From an uncultured Lachnospiraceae bacterium (lineage in GTDB: Bacteria > Bacillota > Clostridia > TANB77 > CAG-508), in the NCBI GenBank assembly GCA_964470175.1, contig CAYYBL010000003.1, positions 1-52,161 of the forward strand: a DNA stretch of 52,161 nucleotides. The letters run 5' to 3'. The notes under the pieces are model-generated. The model was not told the DNA's origin and ran no database searches. It saw only the letters and a program-made list of their open reading frames with translations. Below, piece by piece: positions 47,048 through 52,161 of the stretch (the stretch's first letter is position 1; every line of letters starts with the position of its first letter). The position numbers and the translations under genes were made by a program.

Positions 47048-47707
47048 TTATACTCCTTTTAAATCGTCAAACTCTATATTTTCTATACTTATTGGTTCAT
47101 TATTTTCATCTAGCACTATTTTAAATACTTCTGGCATTTCTATCCTTTTGTCGAAAAAGACTTTCCCCTTAAATGTATATTTGAAGGTATCTCTTACATT
47201 TATCGTATCCATCTCAGCCCACTTAAGTAGGAAAAATGTGATAGCATATCCATGTGAAAATATAGCTATTCTTTTTCCTTTATGTTTTTCTACTATTTCA
47301 AAGAATGCTTCTTCCATCCTATTTCTTACATCTCTTTGGCTTTCTCCACCCACTGTCTTGTAGTTTTCATCTAGGTATTGAAGCTCAAACCAGTTTTTCA
47401 CTACATCATCATTTCTTTCACCTAGTCTTCTTTCATCAAGCCTGTCATCTATATTTACTCTTAATCCTTGTTTATCAAGTAGATACTTAGCTGTCTGAAG
47501 AGTCCTTACAGAATAGCTTGTATATACTACATCTATATTTTGAAGTTCTTCTTCATTTGCTAAAATTTCAGCTCTCTTTTCTCCTTCTACACTTAATATA
47601 ATTTTTTCATTTTTTAATACATCATTTTGGTTTGTTCTAAAAGTATCTATAAGATCCATATTAAATCTTGTAGAATGTCTAATTAAATACACTGTCGTGT
47701 TTTTCAT
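47048..47707 (-). CDS. Histidine phosphatase (phosphoglycerate mutase-like) family protein
   Basis: VYLIRHSTR (RH motif) and FSHGYAI. ATG at 47707 with GAGGAA SD, preferred over the track's start at 47770. Confidence 0.75.
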   Translation of the reverse strand: MKNTTVYLIRHSTRFNMDLIDTFRTNQNDVLKNEKIILSVEGEKRAEILANEEELQNIDVVYTSYSVRTLQTAKYLLDKQGLRVNIDDRLDERRLGERNDDVVKNWFELQYLDENYKTVGGESQRDVRNRMEEAFFEIVEKHKGKRIAIFSHGYAITFFLLKWAEMDTINVRDTFKYTFKGKVFFDKRIEMPEVFKIVLDENNEPISIENIEFDDLKGV

Positions 47708-47778
47708 ATATTTCCTCACTTCTTTTTTCTCATCGTAGCTTATTATAACAATTTTTTTATTAATATACAATAAAATTT

Positions 47779-47805
47779 AAGGAGAGGGCTAGATGCCCTC
47801 TCCTT
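47779..47805 (-). terminator. GC-rich hairpin after the 47820..48134 gene
   Basis: AAGGAGAGGGC/GCCCTCTCCTT 11-bp stem. The tail on the minus strand is only weakly T-rich. Confidence 0.5.
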
Positions 47806-47819
47806 GTTGCAACGACGAC

Positions 47820-48134
47820 TTACCAAATTGGAAGATTACTGATTTTTACACATGCAGTCTTCCGGTTGTCGTACAGTCGGAGTTCCATACGAAATTCCTT
47901 TTTCTTCGCTTTTGTGCTGTCTTTGGCTGTCTGAATGTACAGTTGATCAGTCTTTTCCAAGCACCTGCAAAACTCACCGAATTCAGTACCAGAACCTTCT
48001 TCAATCAGTTTCGCCCACATACTGTCAAGTACGCCCGGATGTGTGACATTGAATTTATTCACATCCCGAAGTTTGTAAAACACACATTCATACTCTTTTG
48101 CAGTGGGTAGATAGGAAGAAAAATTCCTAATCAT
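47820..48134 (-). CDS. Hypothetical 104-aa protein on a higher-GC island
   Basis: ATG at 48134 with AAAGGGGG SD; the track's upstream extension has no support. 24/60 GC in line 47881-47940. Confidence 0.65.
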   Translation of the reverse strand: MIRNFSSYLPTAKEYECVFYKLRDVNKFNVTHPGVLDSMWAKLIEEGSGTEFGEFCRCLEKTDQLYIQTAKDSTKAKKKEFRMELRLYDNRKTACVKISNLPIW

Positions 48135-48221
48135 AATAGTACCCCCTTTCGTTTCTATAAACTTAACATGCAACGCATTTATTATAACACATCTGATTAT
48201 TTTTTTCAAATTGTCAATATT

Positions 48222-48659
48222 CTATACTTTAAATAAGCTCTTTAACTTATTTATTATTCTCTTGAAAATACTCTCTTTATTCTTAATTAAGCTGTTTTCT
48301 TGGACAGTATCAGCCGAATCTTGAGGCTTTGAAAACAAGATATCTGGATTATACTTTTCCCTCTTTATTCTTTCTTCTTCATCTATTTTTATTTGCTCTT
48401 CTTTATTTATAGCTTCTCTTTCTTCACCACTTGCAATATAGTCTCTAAATAAATTACTTATTATCCCCTTAGTTAAGTCATCAGTCTTTTGATCTACAAG
48501 CCTTTTTGAATAATCATACTCAAAAGTATAATCAGGATTTTTATTTTTTTCAAATCCTTCTATCAAGCTTTTAGGAATCTTTTCATAATCTTCAATCTTT
48601 AATTTATCAAGTATAGCCAGCACTTCACTACAAACATTCATATAATTTTCATCTATCAT
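48222..48659 (-). CDS. Hypothetical helical protein, paralog of 13050..13493
   Basis: Aligns with the 13.0-kb paralog and ends KRIINKLKSLFKV. I prefer the ATG at 48659 (GAGGAG 9 nt upstream). It overlaps the upstream gene's stop by 11 nt (20 nt if the start is 48668). Confidence 0.75.
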   Translation of the reverse strand: MIDENYMNVCSEVLAILDKLKIEDYEKIPKSLIEGFEKNKNPDYTFEYDYSKRLVDQKTDDLTKGIISNLFRDYIASGEEREAINKEEQIKIDEEERIKREKYNPDILFSKPQDSADTVQENSLIKNKESIFKRIINKLKSLFKV

Positions 48660-49626
48660 GGTATTCATCTCCTCGCACCATACTCTTTATCCTATCTATG
48701 AACCTTGCTGCTTTGCCTTTTATGCCTGTTGGGACAGACCTACTATTTTCTTCTAGTTCATCATGATCTATTAAAAATGAATCTTCAGGCATTTTTTCGC
48801 CATATAGTATTTCGTTTTTCTTACTAATGAAGCATAGCTTTTCGCCCATTTCTTTCCAAATTCTTTTTTTCTCTTCTTCTCCAAAGCCATCATAAATTGG
48901 GTTAGATAATAATTCTGAAACCATCTCTCTTGTCATTCCTCTTTCTACTTTAAGAGAAATATCTTTTATTTCTTCTGGCCATATATTATATAGCTCCTCT
49001 AATATCTCCATATCTGTTTTCATTCCAGGAAAACTTCCTCCATAACTTTTACCAGAAAATGACATACCCATATCATAATATGCTGGATTTCTGTACTCTC
49101 CGGTTTTTTCATTATAAACTAACTGACAATTACTCGTTGCAACATCATAATTTCCTAAAAATGCTGATATAAAAATATACTTTTTTAAGAAATCTCTTCT
49201 TTCTTCTAAAACATCAGCGGGAATTTCTGGATATTGTGTCTTATAATTTTCTATGTCACTCGCAACCAATCTTTGAATGCCTCTAAAATCTACCCTTCCT
49301 TCACCAGTAATCATTTGAAAATTAATTGGAATAAAATGCTCATCTTCTTCCAAAACATTCATAGAAAAACATCCAATATCATTATCTGCATCATTCTTTG
49401 CAAGTACTATATCTGCACATGGTATTTCTAGCTTTTTTAGTACAGATGATGCTAAATGTTCTACCAAATCAACAGTTTCAAAAAAGCTTTTGTTTGTCTT
49501 ATAAAATCCTGTTTTTCCTATTGCAGGAATGAAGTATTCACCTCTGACAGAAGTATAACACCCAGGAATATCTCTTTCATCTTTTACTAATTCACATTCA
49601 GATAAATCAATTCTATCTACTGACAT
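48649..49626 (-). CDS. HipA-like / PI3-4-kinase-fold protein (tentative)
   Basis: FLGNYDVATSN, then NPAYYD 24 residues after the Asp. This resembles the HipA catalytic-loop GN.D.H.KN and the downstream (A/S)P.YD, but the His is replaced by Ala. The start at 49626 has a GGAGAT SD. Confidence 0.5.
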   Translation of the reverse strand: MSVDRIDLSECELVKDERDIPGCYTSVRGEYFIPAIGKTGFYKTNKSFFETVDLVEHLASSVLKKLEIPCADIVLAKNDADNDIGCFSMNVLEEDEHFIPINFQMITGEGRVDFRGIQRLVASDIENYKTQYPEIPADVLEERRDFLKKYIFISAFLGNYDVATSNCQLVYNEKTGEYRNPAYYDMGMSFSGKSYGGSFPGMKTDMEILEELYNIWPEEIKDISLKVERGMTREMVSELLSNPIYDGFGEEEKKRIWKEMGEKLCFISKKNEILYGEKMPEDSFLIDHDELEENSRSVPTGIKGKAARFIDRIKSMVRGDEYHDR

Positions 49627-49663
49627 CTTTATCTCCATTTTTATTAATCACATATTAATTATA

Positions 49664-50197
49664 TTAATAATTATTTTTTTGTTCAACTTTTATTACACTT
49701 ATTGGTTTAAAGTCTGTCATATCACAAGAAATATTTATATGTTTTTCTAGTGAATAAAGCTTTGAATCATAGTATTCACCAATACATTTATACAAGTTAT
49801 TGTTGTGTATATGTCCATGAACATTGATATAGCCTTCTGGCACTTCTATATCTTGCACAGGAATGTGTGAAAGAAGTATCTTGTATTCATCTAATCTTAC
49901 GAATGGTCCTCCTAGCACTGAAAATCCCATTTCTTCATATGCTTTTATACTCCATTTATCGTGATTTCCCCTTATGAGATACTTCACTCCATTTAGCTTT
50001 TTTGCAATATTGGTAGCATCTTCTTTTTTTCCAAGTGCAAAATCACCTATATGATAAACTATATCTTCATTTTGGACTATACTATTCCAATTTTTGATAA
50101 GAACATCATTCATTTCCTCAGCATTTTTAAATGGTCTCTTGCAGTATTTAATTATATTTTCATGATTAAAATGCGTGTCTGAAATAAGATATATCAC
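49664..50197 (-). CDS. Metallophosphoesterase (calcineurin-like, MJ0936/YfcE-type)
   Basis: ISDTHFNH, GDF, RGNHD, GHIH. GTG start at 50197 with GGAGGA SD 8 nt upstream. Confidence 0.8.
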   Translation of the reverse strand: MIYLISDTHFNHENIIKYCKRPFKNAEEMNDVLIKNWNSIVQNEDIVYHIGDFALGKKEDATNIAKKLNGVKYLIRGNHDKWSIKAYEEMGFSVLGGPFVRLDEYKILLSHIPVQDIEVPEGYINVHGHIHNNNLYKCIGEYYDSKLYSLEKHINISCDMTDFKPISVIKVEQKNNY

Positions 50198-50267
50198 AAA
50201 TTTTGTCCTCCATTTTTTTCTTTCACATTTCATAAAAGCGATAATAGAATATCTACTACCGCTTAGT

Positions 50268-50789
50268 TTATTTATCTTTTTTTATTTTATTTTTTATAAC
50301 GATGACTACTTGTAAAATTAGCATCCCAATAACAGCTCCACAAGTGTCTATCAGTATGTCACTTACTTTTCCAGACCTCTCAGAAACAAATCTTTGATGA
50401 AGCTCATCTGTACAAGCATACAAAAAAGATATCACAATTGGAAAAGAAATATACATCCATTTTTTTGAATTATAAATTTTGCAAGCTACTCCTATCAGTA
50501 ATGCTAAAACTATATATACTACTGCATGTACTACTTTTCTAAGTGGTGCATTCAGTTTATTTACAACTCTTTGAATCTGCTTTTTATTTTCTTCCTCTGT
50601 GTTTTCTTTTTTCTGTGCTTCAACTTCTTTTTCTACGACTTTTTGTATCATAGCTTTGCTCTTGTTGTTTGATTCTTGTGCTGGCATATCTGATAAGAAA
50701 TATATAAAACCCATCCAAATGAGTATTAAAACAATCGATAATATTTTCCAAATTTTTTTCATGTGTTTTTTCTCTTTTATACTCTCCAT
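50268..50789 (-). CDS. VanZ-like family membrane protein
   Basis: TDELHQRFVSERSGKVSDILIDTCGAVIG plus 3-4 TM segments. The start could be the second ATG at 50762. Confidence 0.75.
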   Translation of the reverse strand: MESIKEKKHMKKIWKILSIVLILIWMGFIYFLSDMPAQESNNKSKAMIQKVVEKEVEAQKKENTEEENKKQIQRVVNKLNAPLRKVVHAVVYIVLALLIGVACKIYNSKKWMYISFPIVISFLYACTDELHQRFVSERSGKVSDILIDTCGAVIGMLILQVVIVIKNKIKKDK

Positions 50790-50841
50790 GTGTTTATTAT
50801 ATTAATGAAAATTATTTATTGCAAATTATATTTTGAAATTT

Positions 50842-51369
50842 TTATAATTCCTCTATATGCTTTTCAAAGTAATCTCTTACTTTTGAAATAGTATCTAGTA
50901 CTTTATTTATTGTATCATCATCTACATTTTCTTTAGCATACTCGTTGATTGCTCTTAAATGGCTTATCCCCTTTCCAAACTTTTCAGTCATCCATGAATA
51001 ATGAGGAAATATCCAAATATGAAAATGCAAAGAACGTTCTTCTTGGACCAATGTAATTTCATCTGTGATATTTAGTTCTTTAAGAGCTTTTTCTGCAAGA
51101 GCTATGATATTTGATGCTTCATATCTTTCTTCTCTAGTCAATTCTGAAAAAGAATTAACATGTCTTTTGGAATTAACTATCAAAAATCCTGGTATTGGAA
51201 TTTCTGGATCAGCTCCTAAAATCATATTCTTACCATCAAATATTTTTCCACCAGGTAAAGAAACTTCTCCTTTTTCAATTGCACATCCAAGACATCCAAC
51301 ATCTTCCCATCTTTTACCTAGGAAGTCTATCATGATTTTTGATTGGTTTTTTTCTAAACTTTTATCCAT
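50842..51369 (-). CDS. HIT-like family protein (variant histidine triad)
   Basis: CLGCAI near the N-terminus. LHFHIWIFPH stands where H-x-H-x-H-x-x is expected, with the third His replaced by Trp. Confidence 0.5.
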   Translation of the reverse strand: MDKSLEKNQSKIMIDFLGKRWEDVGCLGCAIEKGEVSLPGGKIFDGKNMILGADPEIPIPGFLIVNSKRHVNSFSELTREERYEASNIIALAEKALKELNITDEITLVQEERSLHFHIWIFPHYSWMTEKFGKGISHLRAINEYAKENVDDDTINKVLDTISKVRDYFEKHIEEL

Positions 51370-51416
51370 ATGTTACCTCTACATCATATTCATTATAAAT
51401 TATATATTTATTTCAT

Positions 51417-51478
51417 AAAAAAATGCCTAGGTGGCAACGTACTTAACATACGTTTAGCTTTTAGCTACCAAACCTAGG
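51417..51478 (-). terminator. Structured terminator after the DUF3800-like gene
   Basis: On the minus strand GCTACCAAACCTAGG pairs with CCTAGGTGGCAAC (bulged), with inner hairpins (AACGTA/TACGTT). Followed by T7 (plus-strand A-run 51417-51423). Confidence 0.55.
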
Positions 51479-51530
51479 TCTTATTAAAATTATTTTAACA
51501 TACAGGAAATCGTATGTCAAATATTTCTGT

Positions 51531-52161
51531 TCATATTTCATTTGTTTTTTTATTACTTACATTTCTTGGAAATAAACTAACCCTAAAATTTTTGGGCTTC
51601 AACTCCTTTACCACATCTTTAACTATCTCTTTATTCTTATAGCTGTTATAATAAGTATTTACCACTAAATCAGCTAATTGTATTTCAAAATTCGTTTTTG
51701 AATCATAATATGTAATTTTAAAGTCATCATCATAAATGCAAAATTCAGTCTTTAAATATATTTCTAAATTATTTAATTCACCTACTCTAATATTTCTATT
51801 ATCTATACTTATAATGAATTCTATCGTTTCACCTTGATTTTGCAAATTTAATATTGGTATAATACAATCTTGAATTAATACTTTTACTGCGTAATTAAAA
51901 AATATATTTGAATCTACTATTTCTTTTCTCATTGCTTCTTTATCAAATACCTTTACACAGCCATGAAAAGTTTCTATATCTTGTATTTGATTAAATATCT
52001 TTATTTTTTCTTCTTGAGTCATGTTATATGATTTTATTTCTTCACTCACATCCAATTTCTTTATTCTTTTTAGTTTTAAATTTTCTTTTCTATATTTTGC
52101 TTTAATTTTTAACCTATCCTCTGAAAATGTAAAATAACCTCCAACTGCAAAATATTTTGTT
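51531..52161 (-). CDS. DUF3800-like protein, 5' end beyond the window
   Basis: The frame stays open upstream of the track's TTG at 52055 all the way to the window edge (...YFAVGGYFTFSEDRLKIKAKY...). The C-terminal YYDSKTNFEIQLADLVVN resembles the DUF3800 DS...QLAD motif. Confidence 0.55.
   Translation of the reverse strand, partial: TKYFAVGGYFTFSEDRLKIKAKYRKENLKLKRIKKLDVSEEIKSYNMTQEEKIKIFNQIQDIETFHGCVKVFDKEAMRKEIVDSNIFFNYAVKVLIQDCIIPILNLQNQGETIEFIISIDNRNIRVGELNNLEIYLKTEFCIYDDDFKITYYDSKTNFEIQLADLVVNTYYNSYKNKEIVKDVVKELKPKNFRVSLFPRNVSNKKTNEI

Noticed and set aside
1-52161. CRISPR arrays, tRNA/rRNA genes, transposases, integrases, prophage structural genes
   Set aside because: I scanned the intergenic regions and the ORF products and found no regularly spaced direct repeats, no cloverleaf-like GC-rich segments, and no DDE, serine or tyrosine recombinase motifs.

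Overview
AT-rich chromosomal segment that looks like Firmicutes/Clostridia. Hand counts of single 60-nt lines give about 25% GC in the background (15/60 at 17401-17460). Genetic code 11, with strong AGGAGG-type Shine-Dalgarno (SD) sites. Almost every credible gene is on the minus strand, and most plus-strand ORFs in the track are antisense shadows.

Core genes: engB, serS with a T-box leader, a HelD-like helicase, gltX, RNase J, a ROK kinase, a D-Ala-D-Ala carboxypeptidase, an acyl-ACP thioesterase, pflB-pflA, an OmpR/HK two-component pair, pepF, a TrmH methyltransferase and tex.

Accessory content interleaved with these:
- (1) A surface-protein island at 24.0-31.4 kb. It holds sortase B, an SPSTG-anchored protein with a cohesin-like domain and Cys-rich repeats, a dockerin-bearing protein, a second small sortase, and a thioester-domain/CnaB protein that ends exactly at LPVTGY.
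- (2) A pilMN-pilO module with no pilin, ATPase or platform genes in the window.
- (3) Five single-gene islands of clearly higher GC (40-48% in sampled lines), each with its own GC-rich hairpin.
- (4) Two copies of a structured three-hairpin intergenic element that share a 33-nt identical core.
- (5) Two unrelated loci (11.99-15.03 kb and 48.2-50.2 kb) linked by paralogous ~145-aa proteins and a shared C-terminal motif. One locus contains a HipA-like kinase-fold protein next to a metallophosphoesterase.
- (6) Three gene disruptions, all at A/T homopolymers. These may be assembly errors. One sits on a G_AAA_AAG-TAA slippery context.

No rRNA, tRNA, CRISPR array, transposase or integrase was recognised. 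All functional calls rest on motifs read by eye; no database search was possible.
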